NCBI GenBank assembly: GCA_963792585.1
Contig: CAWBWI010000003.1
Coordinates: 640,001 to 704,000, forward strand
Reading direction: 5' to 3'
Origin: Candidatus Eiseniibacteriota bacterium
GTDB taxonomy: Bacteria > Eisenbacteria > RBG-16-71-46 > CAIMUX01 > VGJL01
Length of the DNA: 64,000 nucleotides
Below are positions 41,456 through 52,921 of the stretch, in pieces. How positions within the stretch are numbered: the first letter of the stretch is position 1; every line of letters begins with the position of its first letter. Below the pieces are notes generated by a model. The model did no database searches, was not told the DNA's origin, and saw only the letters and a list, made by a program, of their open reading frames with translations. The position numbers and the translations under genes were made by a program.

Positions 41456-42958
41456 TCAGTCCCGCGACGCACCCGATGCTGGGGTCTCTGACATGAGCTT
41501 CCGCATCCACTGGAAGACTGCCCACGTTGCATCCAGGTCTTCCTCGTTGTACTTAAGCACTTCGCCAACTAGGCGGTGTGCCTCTTCCCGATCCTCTGCA
41601 CTGACGGCGCGAATGTAGTTCGCGACGGCCCAGTCACCGCTCCCCGGGAGCGTGCGCTCGTACCCAACGTACTTCTCCACGACCTTGAGGCTCCTGCTGG
41701 GGAGCGGAACGCAAATTCCCTTCGAGTAGACGGTCAGGAGGTCGCAAAGACACCGCTCGATCCTTGCGGCGGTCCCATTCGGATCGCCGTACCGCTTCCG
41801 GTAGAGCCGGAGCTTCACGCCTTCGTACGAAGCCCAGTGGAGAATCGGGAGGTCGCCGTGGGCTGCGAAGAGGGACTCGGCCTTCTCCAGGAAGCCGAAC
41901 CAGGTCGCCTGGTCGTCCGTCTCGCCTGGCATCGTGTACGAGGCGGTGTACTCTGACGGCGCATTGCCATAGACCTTCATGCCCCAGAGGAAGATCTCCT
42001 CGGGGCCGTCCAGGAAGGGAGGAATTCCCTCAAGATCAAGGACGAGAAAGGCGCTCCCGGCGGGAAGTTCCGCGTCTCCGAGGAGCCGAGGAATGCCATC
42101 GAGGAAACACTGGGCTTCGACGAGGATCGGCCCAGCCCTCTTGCCGACACGTTGGATCTTGGTCTCACCCCAGGGCCGCTTGAGGTCGTGGAGTTCCTCG
42201 ACGCTCATCCGCGCCACGAGATCGGCGATCGTCGCGATGCCGCGCCCGTGGAGTTGTCGGGCGAGCCCCTGGTCAACATCAGGCAGCAGTGCCACCTCGT
42301 TCCGCTCCTCGGCCTCCTTCCAACACCGGTCGAAATATCCACACCCATGGCACTTGCTCCAGCCGATCGGTTCGTACGCGTCGTGCTGCCGAAGGGCGTC
42401 GAGGATGGCAGCGATGGAGGCCTGAACGCCGGCGTGGCCAACATACTCGACCCCGGAAATTGTACCATCGCCAAGCACGACCTCGAGCGCGGCCGGCGGT
42501 GCACCTGTTACCCGCTCGATGAGAGCGCCATAGAGGTTCATCTGGTCTGCGATCTCCGGGTGGTCCTCAAGCCTGCGGGTGAGCTTCACATCCCGGATAA
42601 TCCAGCCTTTGGGCGAGGGGATGGGGATTAGGAGATCCGGCTCTCCAACGAGTTGGACCTGCTCACCGCCAACGGTCATTCTTGAGCGAAGGAGACCGTG
42701 CGCCAGAATCCGCGTCCCTCCGCGTAGCTCTTCGAGCGTTCGAGCTTCCCGCTGTTCCCGCGGAACATCCTTCAGGTGGACGACATCAGGAAGCGCGTCG
42801 ATGTACCGCGCCTCATGCCGCAAGCCGAGGTCGATGACGATTTCTTCCAGCGGCCCAGGTGCGGCATGCGGAATCCCCCCTTCGATGAGGCGGAGCCGGC
42901 GGTAGCACTGACTTGGGCGTCGGAGTGTGTAGAGGGTGCTCCGAGTAATCTGCGCCAT
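41456..42958 (-). CDS. TM0106-family RecB-like nuclease with a C-terminal RNase H-like domain
   Basis: GEPDLL...IRDVK...Q..LY, CxxCxYxxxC, LDLE, HWASYE, SLKVVE, YNEEDL.AT. Confidence 0.88.
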   Translation of the reverse strand: MAQITRSTLYTLRRPSQCYRRLRLIEGGIPHAAPGPLEEIVIDLGLRHEARYIDALPDVVHLKDVPREQREARTLEELRGGTRILAHGLLRSRMTVGGEQVQLVGEPDLLIPIPSPKGWIIRDVKLTRRLEDHPEIADQMNLYGALIERVTGAPPAALEVVLGDGTISGVEYVGHAGVQASIAAILDALRQHDAYEPIGWSKCHGCGYFDRCWKEAEERNEVALLPDVDQGLARQLHGRGIATIADLVARMSVEELHDLKRPWGETKIQRVGKRAGPILVEAQCFLDGIPRLLGDAELPAGSAFLVLDLEGIPPFLDGPEEIFLWGMKVYGNAPSEYTASYTMPGETDDQATWFGFLEKAESLFAAHGDLPILHWASYEGVKLRLYRKRYGDPNGTAARIERCLCDLLTVYSKGICVPLPSRSLKVVEKYVGYERTLPGSGDWAVANYIRAVSAEDREEAHRLVGEVLKYNEEDLDATWAVFQWMRKLMSETPASGASRD

Positions 42959-43690
42959 GGTCTGGGTCCTCGAGCTCACTTGTCCATGCACCGGGGCGTG
43001 TGTCCTTATGCGAAGCGGTCGGGCGGATCCCGGTGTGTCCACGCCCGTGCGGGACAACAAACCTCTCCGTCTGTCCACCGATTGTGGGACGGAGGTGGAA
43101 CCCGGCCCACCCAAGTCTGCACCGAGCGTCGTCACTCAAGAAAGGGATTTCAGAGGTCGCGGAACAACGGCGTGGAAGGCTTTCCCTGTCCCGAACCCTG
43201 GATGTGCACTAAATATGTGCAATGCGGACCCACACGGCACTATCTTGTGGCCCTACGGAGTCAGATCGCGACCAATCGGCCGTACACGAGAATAAGTGGA
43301 CAACATCCCCATCATTCCAAGACCCCGCTCGACGATCTGTTCAAGCGGGCATATCATGCGTGCGACTTCTCCAGGACGGGTCGCCGTTGGGGCTGCGGCT
43401 ACCTTCAGAGTGCGCGATTACGTCAATGGCAGATCTGGAGCCGCGTTGAAAGCCGCAAATTCATTTGGGTCGCAGCCTGCTGCCATCGTCCTCGCGACTG
43501 CTGGCGCGATCCCGTCTCTGTCCAACCACAGGTCAATCCCGGCAAAGCGCGGAACCTCTGCCTTTAGGGATCGGTCCCACGTGGCAATGGGGCGTGCTCC
43601 CCCCATTGGGTAAATCTATGGCTAATGGAGTTAACCAATCGTGAAACAAGGGTCAGAGTGGTGCTCTCAAGAGAAAGGACATTTCCTGCC

Positions 43691-46600
43691 ATGAAACGAG
43701 CATTGCACTGCATCATCGTGTTGCGAGCGTCTCTCGCGGTTGCCATCTTCGCATTTCTAAGTCCAGGCCATATCCTTGCAGGAAGAAACGCAGGCGGGGC
43801 GATCATCCTCCACACGAACGACAGCGTGGCATACACATATACGGGGCAGTACTGCTCCTTTGACTTCGACAATCCGGGTACGTGCGTTCAAGCTAATACG
43901 CGGACGGATCTTGCTGGAACTGGTGCCGATGCTGTGATTTGGGCGCTTGCGGCGTTTCCATCGGATTCGGATCCCGCAGTCACAAGCGTTGCATTCGGAA
44001 TCAGACTGAGCAACCGTCCGGATTTCACCTACATGGTCGATGACCATCGTTCGTGCGGTGGGCTTGAACTTCCGCTAGATGATTGGCCAAATCCGAACGA
44101 CCTGACGTCGGGGACGTTGATCACCTATGGAAGTCCTCCGATAAGGGAGCGTCTCTTCCCTGTCGTACTGGTTCGCGGTCTACGCGGACTCGGCCGGTAT
44201 GTCATTCAGCACGACGCAGTATCCCGACGGCCTTGCTGTGTTCGTTGATGACAGCTCACCACCTATCACGGATCCCATCGACAGATTCGGGAAAGTCGCA
44301 TGGAACACGGACGATGGGAGCAACAGCTGTCCGGAGGAAAATGAGACCCTGTTGTTTGAACTGTCCGGGACGCCATGCTGGACCTATCATGGCCGTTCGG
44401 TCAGTTCATTCGGCAAATCCGTCTCGACTGCGGGGGATGTTAACGGGGATGGCATTAGCGATGTAATTGTCGGGTCCCCTTCCGATGATACGCAGTTCCA
44501 GGACATGGGATCTGCGAGGGTATTTTTGGGGACGGCTGAATGCCTCGCGAGGAACCCAGTCTGGACCGAGCACGGCATTGCGGAGTGGGAGGAGTTTGGC
44601 GACGCAGTTAGTACTGCAGGCGATGTGAATGGTGACGGCTATTCCGACATCCTGGTCGGAGCGCCAAGCTACAATGGGAATACGGGCCGAGCAGCGCTCT
44701 ATCTCGGGTCGGCCCTGGGGATTGCGTCGACCCCGGTTTGGAATGTCGCAGGGCAATACCACGGAGATCGGTTCGGAGCCAGCGTTGCCACGGCCGGAGA
44801 TTTCAATGGCGACGGCTTCGATGATTGGGTGGTCGGCGCTCCGGGAGGTGACAAAGCTTATCTCTACCTAGGCGGTGCCGAAGGTCTGAGTTCTCTCTCG
44901 GCGAAGATCTGCTCTGACCAAGCGGGAGGCGACTCGTTTGGAACCTCAGTGCGAACGGCTGGTGATGTCAATGGAGACGGACTCGCGGACCTTATAGTCG
45001 GAGCGCCGAACTACTCCGGCGGTTACTCCCATGTGGGACGGGCATATCTGTACCTGGGACGGCACACCGATTTTGGCCAGGGTGCCGACTGGTACGTGAC
45101 CGGCCAACAAGAGGAAGCGTGCCTTGGGTTTTCTGCAAGTACAGCTGGCGATGTCAACGGCGATGGGTATAGCGATGTGATTATTGGCGTTTATGGGTAC
45201 GTTGAAAATGGGGAGGTCCGTGGAAAGGTAGGGATTTACGCAGGGGGGAGCGGAGGCCTCGCAACGGCGCCCGCGGCGACAGTCGTGGGCTCGGAGGCCA
45301 ATAGCCGCTTCGGTTTGGCTGTATCGACGGCAGGAGATGTCAATGGCGACGGGTACGCGGATGTTGTGGTTGGGGCGCTTGGCCACAGCAATGGGCAGAC
45401 GGAGGAAGGCGCCGCCTATGTCTATACGGGATCAGCTGGCTGGATCACCGCGAGTCCTTGGATAATCATCGAGAGCAACAACACCTATGGTTGGCTCGGC
45501 AGGTCCGTGGGCACCGGTGGTGATGTGGACGGGGATGGGTTTGGTGACATCCTTGTGGGGCTCCCAGGGTTCCATGGATCAGAGGACGAAGGGGAGCACT
45601 TCGGAGGGGCAGCTATCTATCGGGGTTCTGCGGGGCCGCCAGCGACGGTCTGCGAATGGTCCTCCGTCGGTGAAGGCGTGGATGCGTACCGGGGTCGTTC
45701 CATTGCCTCCGCCGGCGACGTCAATGGTGACGGCTATGATGACTTCATCGTCGGGGAGGAAGCCTATACGAATGGGCAGACTGACGAGGGTCGCGCACTT
45801 CTCTTCATGGGTTCGAGTTCCGGCTTGGCGGCGGAGCCTACATGGCAGGCCGAAGGGAACGCTACGGAGGCACGGTATGGCTATTCCGTAGCATCAGCGG
45901 GGGACGTCAACGGTGATGGGTATAGTGATGTTATCATCGGTGCATATAGGTACCCCGCTGGAGGACTGAGTCAATCCGGCAAGGCCTATGTCTATCTGGG
46001 TGGGAGTGGAGGACTGGGATCCACTCCATGGACAGCACAAGGTGACATGATCGATGCTTACTTCGGTTACTCGGTGGCAGGGGCTGGAGACCTCAACGGC
46101 GATGGATTCGGTGACGTTGTGATTGGTGCAGCGGCTTATACAAATCCACAAGTCAATGAGGGACGAGTCTATATATACCTGGGTAGTACGCAGGGTCTTG
46201 GAGCGAATCCATCGCTGACTATCGAAATGAACCACTCTGAAGGACGGTTTGGTAGTTGCGTTGCCGGTGCTGGGGACGTCAATGGGGATGGATACAGTGA
46301 CGTCATTGCGGGCACTTGGTACTGGAGTGGCGACGGGTCACTGACAGAAGAAGGGCGAGTGGATGTCTTCCTGGGGATGGCGGGGAGCGTAGGTCTGCAT
46401 GAGACCCCAACGTTCACAAGATATGGTGAATCCGCTCATGCATTTCTAGGACGATCTGTTGCCGGCGCCGGTGACGTTGATGGCGATGGGTTTGGCGATG
46501 TAATCGTTGGTGCATATGGAAAGCGTGCCTACTACGATCGAGAAGGAGAGGTCAGGGTCTACCGGGGAGTCGCAGATGGGATCGAAGACGATCCCGTGTG

Positions 46601-47651
46601 GGACATATTCGAGGGCAGCGAATATGCGTACCTCGGGTACAGCGTGGCCTCGGCTGGGGATGTCAATCTGGACGGTTACAGTGACATTGTCGTAAGCGCG
46701 GCAGGCTTGACGGATGGAGAGGACAATGAAGGCAAGGTGCGAGTATATCTTGGTGGAAGCGCAGGACCTGCGGACACTCCGGCGTGGGGTGTAGAAGGGA
46801 ATGAAGAAGATCTGTATTTTGGCACGTGCGTAGCCAACGCTGGTGACGCCGATGGCGACGGGTTCCCGGACCTTGCTGTCTCCACGGTCGACTACGACGG
46901 TGCCTATCAGAATGAGGGCAAAGTGTTTCTGTACATGGGGAATGGTGGTCAAGGGCCTGACCGAAGGCCGCAGCAGCGGAAGGTCAGGGGTGGGCCACTA
47001 GACGTCCTCGGAGCATCTGACAACCACTCTGCATTCTACCTCTCTGCATTAGGGCGGAGCGCCTATGGCAGGAACCGGGTGCGACTAGAATCCCAGATAG
47101 CACCGACCGGAACCGAATTAGGAACCGTCTCCATCGGTCGGGGAAGTTGGTGGCTCGCTGGGGCGCCCGATGGGCAGGCGGGAAGCAGGGTGGACCTCTC
47201 GACTGCAGCGGCGAGCCTCGGACCATCGACTGCCTATCATTGGAGGTTGCGTGTGGCCAGTGGATCTCCATACTTCCCATGGACGCCTTGGATGGCCGTG
47301 GCCAGGGCGCCTTACACGACGAAGCTGATGCGGACAGGAGCTCTCGTAACCGCGGACGTTACCAGTGGAACGACGGAGCCTGAAAGGGTAATGGCTGAGC
47401 CAAATCCCGCGACTTCCTTCGCACGGATCAGTTTTGTGTCGAAGACGCTGGGCCGTGTTCGGTGTCAGGTATTCGGAACCGACGGGAGACTCATCCGGAC
47501 GCTTGCGGATGGGGTCATGGACCCTGGGGAGCATACGATCATCTGGGATTCTCGCGATGACGCTGGGGCTCTCTCCAGCTCAGGGCTCTTCCTTATTAGA
47601 ATAGTCCATGATGGGGAGACAGAATGCTCCAAGATCACGCTAATCAGGTGA
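43691..47651 (+). CDS. Secreted FG-GAP repeat (integrin-alpha-like) protein with a FlgD-Ig tail, split by a +1 frameshift at ~44165
   Basis: Signal peptide at 43691; many AGDVNGDGYSDVIVGA repeats. Removing G44165 gives LFPVYWFAVYADSAGMSF and joins ORFs 43625..44248 and 44199..47651. Confidence 0.88.
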
Positions 47652-47685
47652 TCTCCTATCCGTAAGATTCCATAGTTGGAATTGT

Positions 47686-47722
47686 CGAGGCGATCCTCGC
47701 TTTGAACGCGCGGATCGCCTCG
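47686..47722. terminator. Stem-loop after the FG-GAP gene
   Basis: cgaggcgatcc / ggatcgcctcg, perfect 11-bp arms. Confidence 0.45.
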
Positions 47723-47855
47723 CTATGATCGAGAGGAGAGGCTATGCAACGACATGTTTGTCACGCCGAGATGGACCTTGCCGGCCGCTTGGTTGCGCCA
47801 GTTGAATCTCACCGTTGGATTGTTGCAGAGCCTACGGCATAGTGGCCGTGCATCA

Positions 47856-49073
47856 ATGATGACAGCAAGGCTTGAGGGTCGGGCGAATCTCCTCAGAGTA
47901 GTAGGCGCAGCTTTGCTTCTTCGAGTCGGGCTCATCTTCTTGTTCAAGGGAGGGGGATTTGATCTAAGGATCTACCATTACTTCGGTGGTCTTATGCTGC
48001 AGGGCGGGAATCCATACCTGGCCCCTGCTGACGGCCTCATTGATCCGCGGTACGCAGACATGAGTCCCTTGAATCTAAGTGTCTTCGCCGGCGTCATGTC
48101 CATCTGGAATAGCCGCCAGGCGCTGAGGTGTTTGCTCGCCGCAGTGGATGCGATCATCCTCTATGGCATAGGAAGGCAGACATGGATACCTACAAGGGCA
48201 ACGAATCGCATCCTCATCTTCTACGCATTTAATCCGCTACTTCTCCTTGCTTGGGTCGTTGCGGCAGAGGACAAGAACATCGTCTTCGCCCTGCTACTCG
48301 CTCTCTTGGGAGCAGTTCTTCAGAAGCGGACGATTCGTGCGTCCGCGATCTGTGGCATCCTGGCCGCCTACAAGTTCATTGGTTTTGTGTTCATCCTGCC
48401 TGTTCTGGCATTCGTCCGTAGGAGGAGCACGAAGCCTTTGCTTCCAGCCATTGTCCTCGTTGGAATACTTGTAGTCGCCCACGCCGCATACTTCCCAGAA
48501 TCTCTGCTGATCTATCAGCACCGCCTGAGCCGTAGTGAGTCGCCGGTGCCCATCCATGCGAGCCCGCTAGCAGTCCTGGCCTGGATCGGTATCTATAGTC
48601 CAAGGGTTGTTCCAGTCATTCTAGGCGCGGTCCTCGGCTTCTTGTATTGGGCTCACCTCAGGAACAAGCTGACGACTGGAGAAACGATTGTCCTGAGTGG
48701 ATTTGCCATAGGAGTCATCAGTCCTGACGCCGGCATCGACCGTTTACTCCTTGTGGCACTCCCGATGCTTGTCTGGGTCGGCCCTCAGCCGAGCAGGACG
48801 AGGTTCATTTGGGTACTGAGCAGCGTATGTAGTATCGCGCTATTCTGGGAGTTGGGTCCGCCGCGCTGGCTGCCTGGAGTGCGCGCGGTCGCGCCGGTCG
48901 CCGATGTTGTATTCGGTCAATATGGTTCGCCACAGCACGTGATATACATGAATCTCCTCCCCTGGAGCCTCCTGGTCCTATTCCTTCACGATCGTCGACA
49001 GTCCGGCCTCGATCGACGAGTGTCCTTCGCAGATCGGTCCGAAGCAGGGGCACTCCATGGCGGCCGTAGGTAG
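47856..49073 (+). CDS. GT-C fold membrane glycosyltransferase (GT87/PIG-M-like); start uncertain
   Basis: FDL.IY...G..M..G.NPY, YAFNP, AAYKF; polytopic. Confidence 0.7.
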   Translation: MMTARLEGRANLLRVVGAALLLRVGLIFLFKGGGFDLRIYHYFGGLMLQGGNPYLAPADGLIDPRYADMSPLNLSVFAGVMSIWNSRQALRCLLAAVDAIILYGIGRQTWIPTRATNRILIFYAFNPLLLLAWVVAAEDKNIVFALLLALLGAVLQKRTIRASAICGILAAYKFIGFVFILPVLAFVRRRSTKPLLPAIVLVGILVVAHAAYFPESLLIYQHRLSRSESPVPIHASPLAVLAWIGIYSPRVVPVILGAVLGFLYWAHLRNKLTTGETIVLSGFAIGVISPDAGIDRLLLVALPMLVWVGPQPSRTRFIWVLSSVCSIALFWELGPPRWLPGVRAVAPVADVVFGQYGSPQHVIYMNLLPWSLLVLFLHDRRQSGLDRRVSFADRSEAGALHGGRR

Positions 49074-49128
49074 AACTCGAAGGAGCGTCCGAAGGACGGG
49101 ATGTTGAGCAGAGCCTTCGCATGCCGCG

Positions 49129-49158
49129 CTACACGCGACTACACGCGACTACACGCGA
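49129..49158. repeat. Three tandem copies of a 10-mer (ctacacgcga)
   Basis: Directly visible in the sequence. Confidence 0.9.
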
Positions 49159-49435
49159 CGGATGTTGACAGCCCCTCGTTACCGACGTACGATTGAAGTT
49201 GCTCAACCCTGCGCCCTTTGGCGATTCCGTGCAGTCCCGCTCCGCTGGTCTCGAAGGCCGCCTCGAACACCGTGGAACGCGGGCTTTCCGACACTTCCGT
49301 GACGCGTAGTCCTGACCCCGCGACTTGAGTCCTGTCCCTCCTCGGCACACGCAACTCCCTTATTCCTAAGCCATTACCAAACCACCGCACCCTTTCGCCA
49401 AAGGGCGCGGCTCCGTTGCCCCTCAAACCCTCCCC

Positions 49436-50053
49436 TTGCCCTCATTTAACGCTCCGATTCAGCGCTTGCCTCGATATCTCACGCAGGAAGAGACCCGCGC
49501 GTTCTTCCGTGTGATTGACGATCCCCGCGACCGGGCGCTCTTCACGTTCATCTACCTGTACGGCCTTCGCGTCGCCGAGGTCGGTCTGCACCTCGTCGGC
49601 GATGTCGACATCGTCCGAGGACGCATCGTCATCAAGCGGTTGAAGGGCGGCGCGTGGGCCGAACGCCCACTCTTCTCACGCCTCCGTGAGTTGCTTGAGG
49701 CCCACGTCGCAGCCCTTTCGAGGGCGACCCCGGATGCTCCGCTCTTCCCGGGTAACCGCGGGCCGCTCCGGAAGCGGCAGATCCAGTCGTTGTTCACGCG
49801 GTACCGAGATCTGGCGGATCTTCCGCGCAGTGCTACGACGCACTCCCTGCGCCATTCGATCGCCACCCACCTCCTCGACGCCGGGGTGTCCCTGGAGTTC
49901 GTCCAGGACCACCTCGGTCATCAGTCGATTCGCTCGACCTCGATCTACGCGCGGATCACTGACCACCACCGAGCCGCGCTCTTCCTCGAACTCGAACGCT
50001 CGCCCTGGATCGTGCAGTCGGGTGGATCGGACCCGGCAGCCGCACACGAATAG
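49436..50053 (+). CDS. Small tyrosine recombinase (catalytic domain only, FimB/FimE-like size)
   Basis: YGLRVAE, KRLKGG, HSLRHS, LGH, T.IY; 205 aa. Confidence 0.92.
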   Translation: MPSFNAPIQRLPRYLTQEETRAFFRVIDDPRDRALFTFIYLYGLRVAEVGLHLVGDVDIVRGRIVIKRLKGGAWAERPLFSRLRELLEAHVAALSRATPDAPLFPGNRGPLRKRQIQSLFTRYRDLADLPRSATTHSLRHSIATHLLDAGVSLEFVQDHLGHQSIRSTSIYARITDHHRAALFLELERSPWIVQSGGSDPAAAHE

Positions 50054-50063
50054 GAGGCCGACC

Positions 50064-51923
50064 ATGACCCGAGGACTCTCGTTGTTCATCCTGGCATTCC
50101 TGCTCCTCGTCGGGTGCGGAAGCGACCCGGAGAAGCCGCCTGTCACGCCGCCCCAGCCCGATACGACCGCGCCGGCAGCCGTGACGGATCTCGCCGTCTC
50201 GGCCACGACGGACTCGAGCGCGACGCTCACCTGGACCGCGCCGGGCGACGACAACAGCACGGGAACCGTGACATGGTTCGACGTTCGGTATTCACATATG
50301 CCGATCGCGCCCGACCGATGGGGCGCGGCTCAGTCGGGCCACGCGCGACCGGGGCACCCGGAGTCGCTGCCGGCCGGAGCCAGGATGAGCTTCACCGTCA
50401 CCGGCATCCCGCCGGGGATGACGTACTACTTTGCGCTCAAGGCTGCGGACGAGGAGCAGAACTGGTCGGATCAGTCGAACGTCGCAACGGCCGCGGTGGG
50501 ACCCGACGCGATTCCACCAACCGGCGTCGGGGATCTGCATGCCGTGGCGACGACGGATTCATCCGCGACCATCGCGTGGACCGCCACGGGCGACGATTGG
50601 GACATCGGAACAGCCTCCGGCTACGATCTCCGCATCGCCGGAACGCGCGAAGAACTCTTCGACAACCGGTGGGACGCCGCATCGCAGGTCGAGGGTGAGC
50701 CTCTGCCGCAGCCGACCGGATCAGCCGAGGCCATGACGATCTCCGGACTCGAACCGGGAACTACGTACTTCGCGAGGATTCGGGCCGAGGACGAGCAAGG
50801 CAACGGGACCCGGAGCAACATCGCCGAGATCCGGACCACCGACTCTGAAGCCGAGGCCGCAGACGCCCACTGGCTCGACGTCTTCGGCGGCACCGGTCCG
50901 GACGATTCGGTCACCGCGCTGTATCCGCACGATGGCGCCCTCATGGTGGGCGGCGGCTTCCGCTTCGTCGCCGGGGTCGAGGCCCGGGGGATCGCCCGCT
51001 GGGACGGAGCGACCTGGCAGGCAATGGGCGAATTCCGGCGGCATGGCAGCGTCCGAAGCCAGGGCCCGGCCGCCTTCGCCGAGTTCAATGGCGCGCTCGT
51101 GGCCGGCGGTCCGTTCGAGTGGATTGTAAACTCGGACCAGAGCGTCTCGTATGCAATGCACATCGCCGAGTGGCGGAACGGATCCTGGTCCGAATTGGGC
51201 TCGGGCTGGGGCACGGACGACTACGGCGTCACCTGCTCCGCATTCCAGCCGTACAATGGCTCGCTCGTGGTCGGCGGCACGGTCATCGTCATCGGAACCA
51301 CGTACGACTATGTCGACGCCTGGGACGGGACCCGCTGGCACTTGGGCGGCGGTGTGAGTGGTCCGGTGAACGCGCTGACGCTGTTCCGTGGCGACCTCAT
51401 CGTCGCCGGCGCCTTCCTCCGCACCTCAACAGTCGTCGTCCGGTCCATCGTCAGATACGACGGCTCGGGCCCGCAGGGTTGGTATCCGCTCGGCGCCGGA
51501 ATCGGACAGGGCGCCGGACAAGCCGTGCAGGCACTCGCGGTCTTCCAAGATGAGCTCTACGCGGCGGGAAGTTTCAGAACCGCCGGCAATCACGGCGTGG
51601 GCGGCATCGCGAAGTGGAACGGGATCGAGTGGAGCCGTCCAGGCGCTTACGAGGACGAGTGGGACCACCAGTATCCGAACATCTCGGCTCTCGCCGTTTA
51701 CAACGGTCGCCTCATCGTCGGCGGCAACTACAGCAACCGATTCCGTAGTTGCATCGCAACCTGGGACGGCACGACTTGGGGCAAGCTGGGCACGGGCATC
51801 GGCGCGGGGTCAGGGGATGTCGTCACGGCGCTCACCGTCCACGATGGAAAGCTCTATGTTGGCGGGACGTTCACACGAGCTGGAGACAAGACGGTCCAAA
51901 ACGTCGCGTGCTGGTCCGAATAG
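50064..51923 (+). CDS. Lipoprotein with two FN3 domains and a C-terminal beta-propeller
   Basis: AGGAGG RBS overlapping the recombinase stop; lipobox LLVGC; two copies of D..P....DL...WTA.GDD; repeats of L.V.G.F...G....IA.WDG..W. Confidence 0.88.
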   Translation: MTRGLSLFILAFLLLVGCGSDPEKPPVTPPQPDTTAPAAVTDLAVSATTDSSATLTWTAPGDDNSTGTVTWFDVRYSHMPIAPDRWGAAQSGHARPGHPESLPAGARMSFTVTGIPPGMTYYFALKAADEEQNWSDQSNVATAAVGPDAIPPTGVGDLHAVATTDSSATIAWTATGDDWDIGTASGYDLRIAGTREELFDNRWDAASQVEGEPLPQPTGSAEAMTISGLEPGTTYFARIRAEDEQGNGTRSNIAEIRTTDSEAEAADAHWLDVFGGTGPDDSVTALYPHDGALMVGGGFRFVAGVEARGIARWDGATWQAMGEFRRHGSVRSQGPAAFAEFNGALVAGGPFEWIVNSDQSVSYAMHIAEWRNGSWSELGSGWGTDDYGVTCSAFQPYNGSLVVGGTVIVIGTTYDYVDAWDGTRWHLGGGVSGPVNALTLFRGDLIVAGAFLRTSTVVVRSIVRYDGSGPQGWYPLGAGIGQGAGQAVQALAVFQDELYAAGSFRTAGNHGVGGIAKWNGIEWSRPGAYEDEWDHQYPNISALAVYNGRLIVGGNYSNRFRSCIATWDGTTWGKLGTGIGAGSGDVVTALTVHDGKLYVGGTFTRAGDKTVQNVACWSE

Positions 51924-52028
51924 TGCGGTGGCAGATCGACGATGCTGCCCATCTGACGGTGATCGGCATCGGGGGGGGCATCTTACGCGGCCCGGTCCGG
52001 TAAGCAGGGCACGGACCTAACCGGCTAC

Positions 52029-52265
52029 GTGGTCATCTGTCACTACTCCGGGGACTCAGGACTCTTAGATATCACCCCGCACTGTGTCCCAGGGACGAAT
52101 CGGCTCCACGTCACGCTCGAGAACACCGGATGCTGCGACGCCTCGATCCATGTTGTCGTCCAGAGGTTCAACGAGGTCTTCGTTGATCAAGACTTCACGG
52201 GGAACGGGCACGACGACGGGATTCTCTTCGATATCATCCCAACGTTCGAGGCGGTCGTGGAGTAG
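52029..52265 (+). pseudogene. Probable fragment of a beta-sandwich protein gene
   Basis: Protein-like DITP....G.N.L.V.LEN; no RBS; upstream sequence looks disrupted. Confidence 0.3.
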
Positions 52266-52384
52266 CCAAGAGCGCCCACACACCCACCGTAGAGTTGCCG
52301 AGGGGTTCTGCTGGCAGGCCACGCCTGGAGGCCGGCGGGCACGAGCCTGTTGGATTCCGCCGTCGCGAGATTGCTTGGCCACGA

Positions 52385-52912
52385 TCAGCCAGGAAACTCC
52401 TGGGTGACCCGGTCCATCAACCCACGGAATCCGGCACCGACCTTGTTCGGGTCGGCCTCCCCTGTGAACGCTGCCATTTCGTGTACGAGCGCAGCCGTCA
52501 TCTCCTCTACCGGCCAGGTCTTCCTGTCCATCTCCAGGTCCAATCGATCCGTAGTCGTGTGGGCGACCTGCTTGTTGGCCTGGTTGTACCAAGGTTGGAA
52601 ATTCTCGGGTCGGTCCCGGGGTTTGATCCCGTAGTGCATGGAAGCGACATCGGTGTCCTTGATCTTCTCCCCGAGTGGGGGATAGAGAAACCAGATCAGT
52701 GCCCGGGCGTGGATTGCGAAGGACTCCACCGTGGCGTTTCGCAAGGAGCCGCTGGCTACCGCACGGAACACCATGTGAGGCGATTGGCTCGTCGCCACGC
52801 CGCATTTGAGGATTTCGTGGGCCCCGAGGAGTTGAGTGAGCTCATACGCCAATGCTTGGTCGCTGTAGTTTCGGAAGTCTTCATCCGTCCAGAGCGTCCT
52901 ATCAGATCCCAC
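52385..52912 (-). CDS. Hypothetical helical protein, HEPN-like
   Basis: ESFAIHARALIWFLY and ANKQVAHTT..R; 9 nt from the upstream gene. Confidence 0.6.
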   Translation of the reverse strand: MGSDRTLWTDEDFRNYSDQALAYELTQLLGAHEILKCGVATSQSPHMVFRAVASGSLRNATVESFAIHARALIWFLYPPLGEKIKDTDVASMHYGIKPRDRPENFQPWYNQANKQVAHTTTDRLDLEMDRKTWPVEEMTAALVHEMAAFTGEADPNKVGAGFRGLMDRVTQEFPG

Positions 52913-52921
52913 GCAGGCCTC

